Part shown: one piece after another, positions 1 to 13,400 of the stretch
How positions within the stretch are numbered: the stretch's first letter is position 1
Layout: every line of letters begins with the position of its first letter
Assembly (NCBI RefSeq): GCF_033153115.1
Contig: NW_026889772.1
Span: forward strand, 5,518,001 to 5,582,000
DNA length: 64,000 bases
Origin: Saccostrea echinata
Lineage: Eukaryota
Direction: 5' to 3'
Notes under the pieces: generated by a model
Database searches by the model: none
Told to the model about the DNA's origin: nothing
What the model saw: the letters and a program-made list of their open reading frames with translations, nothing else
Translations under genes and position numbers: made by a program

Positions 1-452
1 ATCCGCAAAAAAACTATTGGCCACATTTAAGAAAGTTTCATGGTTTGCACTTGGATTTACTTGGTCACACAGACTGAAAGGAACCAATTCACATGGAAAT
101 ACATGTGTAACTTGACAAATCTATATCACAATAACTTTTCATTCAATAAGTAATGACAAACTATTTGCTGGATCATAAACATGTATCAAATAAAAGTATT
201 TAGAACTTGTTGTTTCAAACTGTTTTTTTTTTATAAGAAATTGAGTTTCAGCATACATGTATTAACTTAGAAATATATGCCACGCAGTGGAAAGACAATT
301 ATACAGTTGAGCCTTAGTAATCCAGATGTCAATAGTATGGATACCTTACTTTATGGGGAACAGAATTTACATTCAAAATTGCTAATTATAAATTTACTCA
401 AGAAAACAAGCATCTGAATTACTGAGCCTCAGCTCTATATGGATTTACATAC

Positions 453-2699
453 TTCTGAATTTGTTCATTTCTGTCCAGCTCATCTCCTATACAACGTAGA
501 GCTCGACCAATTTCTCGAACATATTCTAAGGGAGGGCCTAATAATGATAAAACAAAATCTCATAAATACATAATTGTTTAATTTTTTCATCACAATGGAT
601 TCAAACCACAGTACATCATTTAACTCATTTAAGTAAAGGTTGGTAGCATTTTTTTTTTCTTTAATCAAAACATGGTACATAAATTCTTCAATCATAGAGA
701 GAGACATACGTACAGAACCATTGTATATAAAGGATTGGTAGAGTTATTGGCCCTTCATGTTTTTAAAAATAAGGCATATAACACCTCAAGTTATTGTAAA
801 TGCCTTCAAAACCCAACCAATTAGAAATACTTCGTAGTTTATCTCTATTTAGGCAGCAAATCTTTTATGAACATAGAATATCATATGGCAAATCTTTCCC
901 CTGTGCAATTATAACACTGAATCAATGTAAAGCACTTGCCAGGTTACTTTTGATATCTTTATTGATATATGCACTTTAGCCATTTCATCCAAATAAAATA
1001 AACCTAAACATGTTTTAAACCATGGTAATATTGAGGCCTCAACCAAAAGTATGGAAATTCACAGAGCACTTCAACATTTTGATTCCTACACAGTTTGTAC
1101 ATACCAGCTCAAAAAAATAAAATGACTTTGTAACTTGGTGCCCAGAGAAGTTACAATAACCTACTCCATCATCAAGAGAGGGTGGCAGGAGATGATGGTT
1201 TTCTTAGCTGTTGGGAGGGACCCCTCTCCACATAAAAGAAGAATTAAGTACCTTTCATTTATTTGAGAGAGTTTGGAGAGCTCTGAAAATATTTTCATGG
1301 AAACTCTAAGCTTTTCAAAAGGGACTTTGTCTATCAATGTAACATTGTGTGCATGAAACAAGAGGCCTATGGGCCACATCGCTCACATGAGCACTTTGGT
1401 TACAGAAAGCAGAAATCAGTTCAAAACTGAAAAGTTTAAAAATATAAATAGCCCCACCCTACCCCCAATGGTTGATGATTGGAACAAATTTACTTCCATA
1501 TTAATATGACTAATTAAAGCTTAGCTGTTCTTGAGAGGATTTTTAAAGATTTTTTCTACATATCCCCATGTAAAACTTTGACTGCATACCCGAGGGGTCA
1601 TGTTTGAAGAAACTTGAGTCTACAGAACCTGACAATGCTTCTGAATAAATATGACTCATCATGGCTCTGCATTCCTTGAGAAGAAAATTTTCAAAGATAT
1701 TTCCTACACCTTCCTATGTACAACTTTAATTCCCTGTTTTTGCTCCACCTTAACCCAAGGTCATAATTTGAACAAACTAGAATACACTACCTGAGGATGC
1801 TTCTGTTGCTAGTCATGAAAAGAAGATTTTTACAGAAATTTACTACATATCCCTATGTATAACTTTGTTCCCCTGTTGTGGCCCCACCCTAACCTAGGGG
1901 ATCATGACTTGAACAAATTATATAATGATGCTTTCACATAACTTTCATCTTTTCTGGCCCAGTGGTTCTTGAGAAGAAGATTTTAAAAAGCTGCCATTAA
2001 ATACACACCAATTCTTAATTATCTCCCCTTGAAAGAGGGTGTGATTCTTCTGTGAACAGCTTGAATCCCCTTAATCCATGGATGCTTTGTGACAAGTTTG
2101 GTTGAAATTGACCTAGTGGTTTTGGAGAGAAAGATTAAATTGTGAAAATTTTATACCAACAACAATAGACAAACATCACTCCAGTTTTTTGCTAAAAAGT
2201 ACCAACAGCATGTACAATGCATTAAATGCTACCTTTTTCTGCATTTTATGGTTTAAAAACTTCTTACAGGCCTAATTTTATATAATGGATTGTAGAAATC
2301 AAGGCTACATGGGAGAATCATTAAAAACATTAACTGAATGGGTGTACCTCGGTGTTAACATTGACTGACTTATTGTTGTTATTGGGTCCTGTTGGTACAA
2401 TGGGAGAATTGTGGAAATATTGACTGAACTGTTGATGTGATGGGGTCCTGAATGTATAATAAGAGAGTTATAGAAAACAATAAGAGAACCTGTTGGTATA
2501 AAGGGGACCTGTCAGTGTTATGGGATATAGAATCATGACTGACCTGTTGGTGTGCCGGGGTCCTGCAGATCCTCCATGTGTAAAACTTGCTCCTCCTCCC
2601 TCTCACTTGCCAGGCGGTCCTGTATAAACTGATTGAGAAGAACTCGTGCTTGCTGCCCCACCTCATCCTTACTAAGCTGCCGTGACACTCCTGAGGGTT
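453..2699 (-). CDS. BAX: Apoptosis regulator BAX-like, two internal exons (gene continues beyond the left edge)
   Basis: Exon 2699-2544 (AG..GT, phase 1-1) encodes EPSGVSRQLSKDEVGQQARVLLNQFIQDRLASERE..., matching Bax helix 1 (LLLQGFIQDRA). Exon 537-453 encodes GPPLEYVREIGRALRCIGDELDRNEQIQ, a canonical BH3 motif (LxxIGDELD). Splice phases are compatible. Confidence 0.88.
1357..2170 (-). mobile_element. Helentron-associated non-autonomous element (HINE-like) with degenerate satellite-like internal repeats, in a BAX intron
   Basis: Terminal AACAAGAGGCCTATGGGCCACATCGCTCAC hairpin/subTIR signature; repeated TTCTTGAGAAGAAGATTTT and ACTTTG..CCCCTG units typical of oyster Helentron-satellite elements. 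Confidence 0.7.
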
Positions 2700-4709
2700 C
2701 TTTACAAATAAAAACATTATTTATGCTTGTAATCATAAATTAATCATAAGTCAAAGCAGATAAAAGAGGAGCAAATCAGTTATAAAATGTCAGAAAGAAT
2801 GAAAATTTCTGACACATATTATATGTTTACAAGAAATACATGTAGTAGGAAAACACACACAGTATATGTAAAAGTCTTCATTCTGCACCAAAAAAGAATA
2901 CATGTAAGTTGTTGGTAATCAATACAGGATAAGATAAGGAAAATTTATTGATGTTGCTACACTGAGACAGCTTTCATATGAATTAATCCTTATTCTTTCA
3001 ATCCCAATAGTAATCTGTCTGACATACTTTAGATATATCAATATAATTTTAATATTATTTGCAGCTATGGGCACAAAGTGTTGCTCTAGTAACAAACTGT
3101 GTTGGCCAACACAAAAAAGGATAAAATTTGCGATGAATGGCATACTGATCAAAACTTTTTGTTGGCAAAGTTCTGAGATTCAGATGCTGCCTCAAGTATT
3201 AGAACACTGAAAATGGCAGACAAAACACAAAAAACTTGATTCATTGCACTTCCTCCTCTTGAAGATATATCTGAGGAATAATGTCAAACAGTCAACCAAA
3301 TTAATCTTAGATGATGACAATTTTTGACAACCCAATGGGATATAAATTAAGAAATGTAGAAAGGTGCTCTGGTGTGTATTAATGTTCACCTAACAGAAAT
3401 ACTGCTGCTACACCACCATCCAAACCCTTCCCTCCTCTGATCCACCCCATTACAAATAACAAATTAGTGATAATAAAAGATTGTTTTAAAATAAACTAGC
3501 TTAGCAAGATAAATTATGAAATGATGCTAATCTGAATGTCTCCATTTTCTTTTTTTTTTTAATAAATGGACCTTTTGAAGAATTAAAATAAAAAATCAAT
3601 TGGATGCAACACCTCTTACTGACATGCCTACATTTTATTTATCCACTTGCATATAAGTTCATGAAATTGTGTTAATGAGTATTTTTCCAGTTTAGATTTT
3701 AAATTTATGCTAAGCACACTCTTTTGAATAACAACTCCTAAAATGCATCATCGTGTTCAGGGATCAAAATCAGCTTTTTTCATCACAGGATAAGTTTGGT
3801 CTGTAGATATAATCTACAGTTAACGTTAAATGAATGAATTAATGCCATTTTCTGTGCTTTATTTTGATCAATTTCTGGGCCATGTGAGAAATTTCAATTG
3901 GGCCTATCCGTTAGGACTAAAGAGAGCTCTTACAAACTGTTGTTGTCAAATAACAACATCTCTGAAATAATTTGTAATCATAATCATGTGTTACATTCAA
4001 AGCATTTATTTGATACAGATTTTTGACTGAATGTAAAAAAAAAAGGAAGAATAATTTTTTTTTTAAAAGGCTGTTGACACACAAAGCATTTGTGAGATTC
4101 TGTGTAATTTTAAAATTACAAATAACACATAACTGAGAAAAAACAGGTTATCAGAAAATCGTGGTTTACAAATCACCACTTGCTAGGATTATTGAGTGTA
4201 AAATTACTTCACTCGCATTTTTTAAAAATCACTTGTAAATGGTGAGTCAATTTTCAACCTTGCATATAAATCATACAGTGTGGGAAGCATTCTCTTGTGT
4301 CTTTAGTTTTAGTGTAAACTAAGGATGAACACTAAGAATTAAGTAACTTGCAGGTCCTTGGTACATTTTTTCCCCTTTTCTTTGCCAATGATTGGCATCA
4401 AAATAATTTAAAAAAAACATTTCTTGAATATAAAAGGATTCATACTTCAAACACTGACTATACTTCTTCACTGGAACATTGCATATATCAACTTACACAG
4501 CATCACAATTGATTTAAATAAAAATGAAACTGAAAGACGTGTACAAATACAAAACTTAACAATGAGGATACACAGAAGTACAAACTTTTTACAAAAGGTC
4601 GAAAGCTGTCAGATGAAGTCATGCTAAAATTTATTATGGTGCGAAGAAGTTAAATTAGATTAGTATAACGGGATTACTAGCTTTCTAATCTAAACCTCTT
4701 TCAATCAAC

Positions 4710-4758
4710 CTTTCTGGATCTCCATTTCCGGTTTAGGGAAGTGAATAAGTTGTACCAT
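4710..4758 (-). CDS. BAX: Putative first coding exon of BAX-like gene (MVQLIHFPKPEMEIQK or MEIQK)
   Basis: In-frame ATGs at 4758 and 4725, ending AAAG|gt in phase 1, which fits the 2699 exon. A CCGGAA (ETS-like) motif and a CpG-containing patch lie nearby. The donor is weak, so this is tentative. Confidence 0.4.
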
Positions 4759-7374
4759 GAATTCTTTCTGTACATACAATCTCGAGCCCGACCGTATAAT
4801 ATACCAGAGAGCCCGAGAAAGTAAGCACCGCCAATCCTAGAAATTGCTTGACATTTCGCTAGTAGTCCCTTTATATACTTTTTTTTTTACCTTGTTTGGG
4901 GTATGTAGCGGTTGTCAAATTATTTTATATCTTTCGATGCTTACAGAATACATTGATATGTAGAGCGTTATTGTATGGATCTGAAATTTTTTTTAGCTTA
5001 TACAGATTTGTACACGTATACTAAACTGAGTATTCTTATCAAAAGATAAAAATTATTTTAATATGAATATATCCTTATGAAATATTTTTAAAAGTAAATA
5101 AAAATTAACAGTTATTAATTGCTAAATCATAATTATATACATACTTAACTAGATATATTATGCTTATGAGCTAGAAAGTCACAGTGTCGAATTTCATTGT
5201 AAACGCCATGTAATCATGCATCGTTATATTTCTCAATCTTTTTTAATTACTAGTTTTTCAAAATGCGCCATTAAAATACTGGCATAACTAGGTTGGTTTT
5301 GTTTGTTTGTTTATTTCTTTAAGCCAAAAAGCTCATCAGATTTTATACACAATATAGAGCATACAAAATAAAACATTTTTCCAACTGTATGATATACAAA
5401 ACAATGTTGAAAATCTAATTAACATGGTGGTCGGGGCGGGGGGGGGGGGGGTGCATATAGCACCACGAAAGTTCGGTAAACCTATGGGAAGAGACAATAT
5501 TAATCATAACAGTTACATGTATAAATTAAGGCCTTTTTCCTGCGTATAATATTTGGGATTAGGATCCCAAGAATAGAGTTGGAATCCTGCTTCAGTACCC
5601 AATGAACAACGTGAATAATCCAATGCTATAAAAACAGCGCCACGAGATCCCCCCTCCCCCCTAAATTTTTGTGTTCATGAATTTTATGTAGAAAAACGCA
5701 ATAAATACTTTTGTTAATAACTATGTATAATTGCTCAACATTTAAAACTGAAATATATATATATGAAATGATTTTACTCACATGACATGACCAGTCCGCT
5801 GCCTGTATATATCTCATTGATAGGGACACTAGAATAACCATATCTGTTCAGTGATATTAACAAATCAACAAAACTTTGGGCTGGAACCTTATTTATTAAT
5901 CTTAATTAAGAAAATTTGAGAAAAGGAAGACTTTAACGAAATTTCGAATTTCTTTTCACAATCTGATGATTGAAAAAAAGTAGACATAATGGAATACCAA
6001 GAGGAGAGAATATGCCCCCATTGCAAAGTAAAAGATGTGGAAGATGAAATACATTTTCTTTTATGTTGTTCATGATATTATCCTTTATCACCGACTCTTG
6101 CTGCCTCTTGTTGATGTGTCAGGCATATTTTATGGGTTCAGATGTATATAATAATGTACATGTTTTCACATTAAGTATTGATCAAATATGCAGATGTACC
6201 TTAAAATTAATTATAACAACATATGTCTACATATGAAATTTTAAAAATACCACCAATGTACTACTTGGAGGAATTACTCTTCGTTGTATGTTGTCTATTA
6301 TCTCTTACTCTATCTGTAATTATATATTATATGTTTATAAACTGCTCATTTGGGCCCTGACTTGGTAACAAATCTTATTATTATTGTATTCTATAAAGAT
6401 CAATGTATATTATTTTTATAAACATCTTCATTCTGTTTGTTGGAAGAATTTGAAGTTTTAAACATGATCATGAAATATGACAATAAATAAATTTATTGTC
6501 AATTATATAATTATAGATCTATTTTGAAAGTTACCTAACGATTACAAATTTTATCTGCCTTTATAGGTATATAAACTCTACAGGTATTTACTTGTGACCT
6601 TCCTGTTTTGTGAAGTCATACATGTACCAAAATGATGTTGATTCTTTGAAAAAATTATGTACATTTATTACAAAAATTAATAGTATGGTCTGTTCTCCCT
6701 AGCTAGCTTAATTAATCTCACCTTTTGCTTTATTCACTGTATTATGTACGACATGCTTTTATATGTTTATGTACCTCGTGTATCATTTACATGGTTTTGA
6801 GAGAATAAATTGAATTGTGTATATGTATATACTCTTTGTGTATGGGGTATGAGGGGGGATTAGTTCTCTGCACGGCCGTCATTGCCTCGGGTACCACTAT
6901 CTAAAACTAAGCCCCTTCATTTACCTGAGAAAAATTTCAAAATATTGTTGACATTGTTGTATTTTAGTTTAAATAATTTGGGTGATATCTTCATTTTGCT
7001 TTGGACGGTAAGTTTCAGGGTAGATCAGATTCTATCAGAAAATACGTCAAACACCAGTCAAGTGATGGAAATCAAATCTGATTGATAGTTTGTAACAATT
7101 AAGATTTAAAAGTAAAATAATTTGCACGAACTTAATGTATCAAAATTTAATTAAGAATTTACAAAAGCTCCTTATCTTTATAATAAGAACATATATTTGT
7201 TTATTTGTTACATTGGCATTGGTATGTGTTTCTTGAGCCAAAGCAACCTTATCAAACGATAGACGCATGCGCTCCATTAATATGAATGGTATATTAATTT
7301 GATTCTCCAGATAGCATTCATTTTCACCAAAAGTTTCAGATTAAGGGATAAACCGTGCTCTTACTGGAACAAAT

Positions 7375-7431
7375 ATGAAATCTTTACTGTTTTTACTTCA
7401 TATCGGAATCCACATAGGTACATGTATATTT

Positions 7432-7477
<46 letters not shown>

Positions 7478-10400
7478 TTATTTCATAAGATATTTTGAAA
7501 ACGTGCAGCAAAATATAAAAATTCAAAGAACTCTCTCTCTCTCTCTCGTGACAAAAGATTTACGTTTGGCTAAATTATACGAGATATTTTTAAAAACATG
7601 CGAATATATAAATATAAAATAATTCTGGAAACTTTTTGCTAGAAAAGAAATATTAAAACCCGTTTCATGAGTATTAATAAATAAGCAAAATAAAAAAATG
7701 GAACTGTTAGTTGTATCAATATTCTTATCATGTTTATGTAAAGCATAAAATCAATAATAATAACTATAACTCTTTTGTGTACGTTTTCCCACTTTTTCAT
7801 GTTCCGCTCCTTTCTACCCCCCCCCCCCCCGTTTGTATCACTAATTTTTTTTTTCACATTCAGGTATTTGAAATTAATATTGGGGTGTTAGATATACGTT
7901 AGGTAGAAATCATGTTGAAATGTGATAATCTGGTTGAGTAAAAATAAATAGGCCTATGTAAATGTCTAAATTTACAGTTTTTTTAAATATAAATTTTCTT
8001 TTGTTATGATTTATTTATACAAACATCAAAAAGGAGAATAAATTCGATTACCTGATTCTTTTAAGAGCTTTAATTATTCTTTTAAAAATGCACTGGATAA
8101 TGTAATTTATATATAGCAACATTTTCAAACCAATATTTATAGAAAGGGAAAAACTCAATAAATGAGAAAAATCTTCTTGGGCGTCAATTTAATTTTCACT
8201 AAGATTAAAAGTTCAATAAATCATCGAAGGCGCTCTCATTTAAGACACCTTTATTAATTCATTTAAATAGATAGGTAGACAGGGACATTGGCTAGGAGGA
8301 ATTTCTATTAATATCCATTGTTAAAAGTATGACACAATTTAATCACATTGGTCAGTTAATTAAAATTTTCAGTCGTGAGAAAAAAAAAATCGAGGTTCGT
8401 GTTCTCGTGTACAAATTATTTCAAAACTTCAGTCTTCAGTTATGTTCCTTATCTTAAAATAAAAATTAAAAACATCAAAAAAGCAACTTATTCTATATTG
8501 AAAAAAGGGACAAGTATCTCTGAAATTCATATGCTATACACAGTAACAGCTAATGGCCTCAGTTTCGGCACGTTATAACGAATAAAAATTAATCAGAAGT
8601 CTAAAAAGCTGCAGTATATACATGTTTGTTTGTTTGTTTGTTTCTATGTTGTTTAACGTCCCTCTCGTATGGAGACGACAGCACTTGCCCGTGGAGAGCT
8701 GCAAATTTTGTCCTATACTCGGCACTTACGGCCATTGAGCAGTGAGGGATCTTTTTCGTGCCAGCAACTACTGCGACACGGGACCTCGGTTTATACGGTC
8801 TCATCCGAGGGACCGGTCTCCACGTCCCACAGTGGAATTCGAACCCGTGACGTAAGGATCATTTCCTTACTTCGCGACTCTAGAGCAGACGTTCTAACCA
8901 CTGCGCCACGTNNNNNNNNNNNNNNNNNNNNNNNNNNNNNNNNNNNNNNNNNNNNNNNNNNNNNNNNNNNNNNNNNNNNNNNNNNNNNNNNNNNNNNNNN
9001 NNNNNNNNNNNNNNNNNNNNNNNNNNNNNNNNNNNNNNNNNNNNNNNNNNTCACAGAGGCGACTTGCAGTGACAAATTTAAGGTGTACCCCCATCATACT
9101 GCCTGTCTGTCTCGGTCACCGGATTCCAGTCCAGGTACACACTTTGATGTTTTCTGATTTAAATTAATCCAAGGATTTATGTCACAATAAGTACGCAACC
9201 TCGCGCCATTATCAGGATCGCCAACACTTGAGCGTAACCATCAAACACTGTTTCTAATTTTTAACAAAATCTTTGACACTTAAAGATCATTTGTGCTATA
9301 AGATAAAATAAGATTTTATGAGTTTATGCCCATTCAATGTCTTCACACGTTATTGGTCTGTTACCAGGTTGCAAAACGTTGTGATGAACACAATAAATGG
9401 TTTAACNNNNNNNNNNNNNNNNNNNNNNNNNNNNNNNNNNNNNNNNNNNNNNNNNNNNNNNNNNNNNNNNNNNNNNNNNNNNNNNNNNNNNNNNNNNNNN
9501 NNNNNNNNNNNNNNNNNNNNNNNNNNNNNNNNNNNNNNNNNNNNNNNAGTAGAGAGGGAGAGAGCTTGAAGGGTTACATTTCGAAACATCAACGAGATGC
9601 TCATTTGTCTTCAGGGATTCTAATTATGCAATATCTCACACTCATCCACCCACTTTTCCCACTGCTTTTACTTAATTTCAATGACTATTAGGGAGTGTGA
9701 CACCACTGGATGCAGTGACCGCCCACAATAAATATCGAGGAATAGCCGCCGCCAAAAACGGCGCCCTCAACATGATGAAGATGATTTGGGACCCGGAAGT
9801 GGCCATGGTAGCACAGAAATGGGCGGAAAACTGTAAAACGGAACACGATGGAAACAGAGAGCGGTTTATTCCAGGTAAGTCTTTTCCTGCAGAGCGTAAT
9901 TTCAAGGCTGATTAAAATTCAGATCATATTTGATATATGTACGAGAAAGGAAAGTGATATGAATATAACAGAATTGCATTTTTTACACAAATCAGAAAAC
10001 AAATTGATAAATGCGCAAGTCAGACAATAAATTGATCATGACGTATCTTTACAACATCTCTGTTACGCTTCGTCAATTGTTCTTTTATCTTTATTTTCTT
10101 GAATAAATTCTGTCCTCAGAGTTGCATGCTTTGTAGAGTAATTCCTTTAATAAATCATATTGAGGACATCAAATACATGTAAATATCAAAATGTCCACTT
10201 AAATAACGATTTTTTATCACTTGTATCAAAAGGAAGCGTTTGGCAACTAACAAATAAATGATTAAAAGATAGAAATAAATAAAAAATTATGTTGACCCTT
10301 ATACATGAATTTGCGGTACTTATACACATAGCAGACACGTAGTATTGTTTTTGAAGGAGGGGGATGGGGGAGTCCAAAAAATGACAACTTATCTGAAAAA

Positions 10401-13400
10401 TCTTTGGCAATCAAACAAAATAGGGGGAAAATTATCCAGACTCGAAAATCCTATTTCGTAAATGGGGGTTGGGTTGGTGGTGGGTTGGGTTGGGGGGCAG
10501 TGCCCCCCCCCCCCAACACTACGTGCCTGCATCGCGAGGACCAGGTAGTTTAAATGTTATAATGGTAACGGAATATGGCTGAAATGTACTGAAAACATCG
10601 TAAAACCATTGTATAGGTCGCTTTACGTTGGGACAGAATCTTGCATACAACCATTTTGGCACCATGACGTGGGACGATGTGGTTAAGTTGTGGTACGATG
10701 AGGAACCAGATTTTTCGTATGGGGGAAACAATAACGATTACATGAAGATCGGGCATTATACACAGGTAAGTATATATGTAGGTATTTGGACATTATACAC
10801 AGGTAAGTATAGATGTAGGTATTTGGACATTATACTCAGGTAAGTATAGATGTAGGTATTTGGACATTATACTCAGATATGTATCTATAAAATTATGTGG
10901 ATATTTGGACATTATACACAGATAAGTATACATGTATATCATTGAGAAATGAATGGCTGATAAAGTACGATTAAAAAAAAACCAAAAAAAAAAAACCCTT
11001 GAACTTTATTGTACATACGATTCCTATTTATGGAAGTTATGTAGACCAGGATTCGTTGTTAAGGAAGTAATAAAAAGTGCATGAAATGACATAAGCAGGA
11101 TTTGATAGTTGAATGAACTAATTACGTAAAACGTATTCTCGTCTTCCTTTGTTTTGCGGAAGCATTATTGCCATTGTCCAAGTTCCTTATTCTATTGGTA
11201 AAACCGTTCTCTGTTAAATGACTTACTTTTAATAAATTTGATGACGAGTATTATAGTTATATGTTTTGTGTAATCTTTTATCTGTGTCCCTCTTCCAGTT
11301 GGTCTGGGCCGAGTCCTACATTCTCGGTTGTGGCTACAGTAACTGTAGTGGAACTCACTTCTACGTCTGTAACTATGGTCCAGCGTAAGTATCAAAACGT
11401 CAGTAACATAGTGTGTCGTCAGTAGATACATGTACATTTACATGTAGGCGCTAAAAGTAATTAAATTGGTGACCTTTTTGTTATATCTTTAATCAGAGGA
11501 AATAGTCCATCAGCTAGACTAGGAACACCGTACGAGAAACATGGAGCACCTTGCAAAAGCAGCGATAGTACAGGATTGTGTGGTAATAAATCATAATTCA
11601 GTTGTACAGCATGTGTATAAAAATTCTGCATCACTGTAATAAAATAAATTTAAGCGTTGGAAATATATAAACTTAAGCGTTGGACATCTTTTTACTGTGT
11701 TAGAATTTACATATGCATGCATATTGTGATAATAAATTCTGGTTCTTGATATGGTCACAATGGCGTGTTTAAATTATCATAAACATGTAATCCTTGTAAC
11801 ATTTTAACAATATATTATTGACAATTTTCTCTAGTTTGTCCTGGGACAACTGCATGCGAGGGAAATGCCAAGAAGAACCATACCACCTGCGCATGCTCCT
11901 GTCCTAACACAAATGTTTTTTCAGGGAATAAATGCGAACGTAAGTGTTTAAACCAGAAAATACTAGCAAATCAACAAAGATTATTTATTCATTTATATGG
12001 TATAAAATTAATCATCCAGGTGAGGGGCGGATCTATGAATAGGTGGGGGGGGGGGGCTTAGTCTCCAGGAGTCTAGAGATTTTGTAGGGTTCTAAGTACT
12101 AGACGTTTTTACCATTTCTTTTCGTCTTAATTAAGATGAGAAATGATGAAATCAGGAGTATTTTAAGGTCGTTGTAGAATAAAAGGCTAGAAGTCAAGCC
12201 TTAAGAGGCTCCTGCCTTGCAAAAATTTAAGAAACAAAGTCTTTTATTTACATCCTTATATTTGATGAAGTAATAAATTCTTTTAAAATTTACTCTTTTT
12301 ATTAATCCTTTTTATCAATTTTAAATGTTTTAAAAAAAAGATAGAATGTTCAAGTTCTGGTTTTGAAAATTGATCAGTAGTTTACATGTCATAATTGAAA
12401 CATGGGCCAAAGTTCAAGGAAGCTAACAAAAGGTATTTTCAGGAAGAGGTAGAAAAGGCTCCGAAATACGTTTTTAGACTATGTCTCAATTTGCCGAAAG
12501 TGACAAATCCAACAAATTAGACTCTACAATTCACTGGTATCTGTTGACTTAGTCCGAAATATCTGACATTTTCCCGGCTTTTATCAAGATTTTGATATTT
12601 TGCGTGCCAGGAAAACAACGTTTTCCTGGCACTCAAAATATCAAAATGGTGAAAAAAGCCTGGAAAACGTCAGATATTTCGGACTACTGTTGACTTAGAT
12701 GTTAAAATACAGGTACGAAGAGGCAAGATACCGAGACAATACTAGTTTATCAATAAAACTGGAAAAAAATTACAATAAAACAAAAATAAAACTTGAGGTA
12801 CCTTGAGCATTGAGTTCACAAAATGACTTCCCCACTCTCGTATGAATATAATAGCTAAATACATTTCTTGGCAGTATGTAAATGAGATTCTGTAAAAAGT
12901 CTATTGAATTTCATTCAAGGGTTTACGAGGAGCTGTGTTAACAACATGGGTAACCCTTTATTGAGTATAATGGAAAAGTCCATGTTTTGCCATGGGAAAC
13001 CCCAAAAATAGATCTATCTCTCCGATCAAAACGTATAAATTAGGAGATGCTCGATGACATTATGTAATAAAGATTCTGTAAAAGTCTCATTAAATTTTAT
13101 TCAGTGGTATACATGTAGGAGGAGTTGCGGATAAGAAATGGGTACCCAATTGTTAAAAAAAGATTAAAGCAAAGTTCATGTTTTGCTATGGAAAACCCTA
13201 AGTATTTTTTCCGATCGAAACGTAAAATAGGAAGTGAAAATGGCACTATGTAATAAAGATTCTGTGAAAATGTCATTAAATTGCATTCTATGTTGAAAGA
13301 GGAGTTGCGGATATAAGTGATGGATACCCCAAGAGTAACAGACGGACGGACACCCCCATCACTATATACCTCCACTTTTCAAGTGGGAGGAGGGTATAAA

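Noticed and set aside
7864-7902. Possible extra CAP-gene exon (strong acceptor at 7863)
   Set aside because: It has an immediate stop in the required phase.
8669-9691. ORFs spanning N runs (also 20573-20821 and 41504-41782)
   Set aside because: They are open only because assembly gaps hide stop codons.
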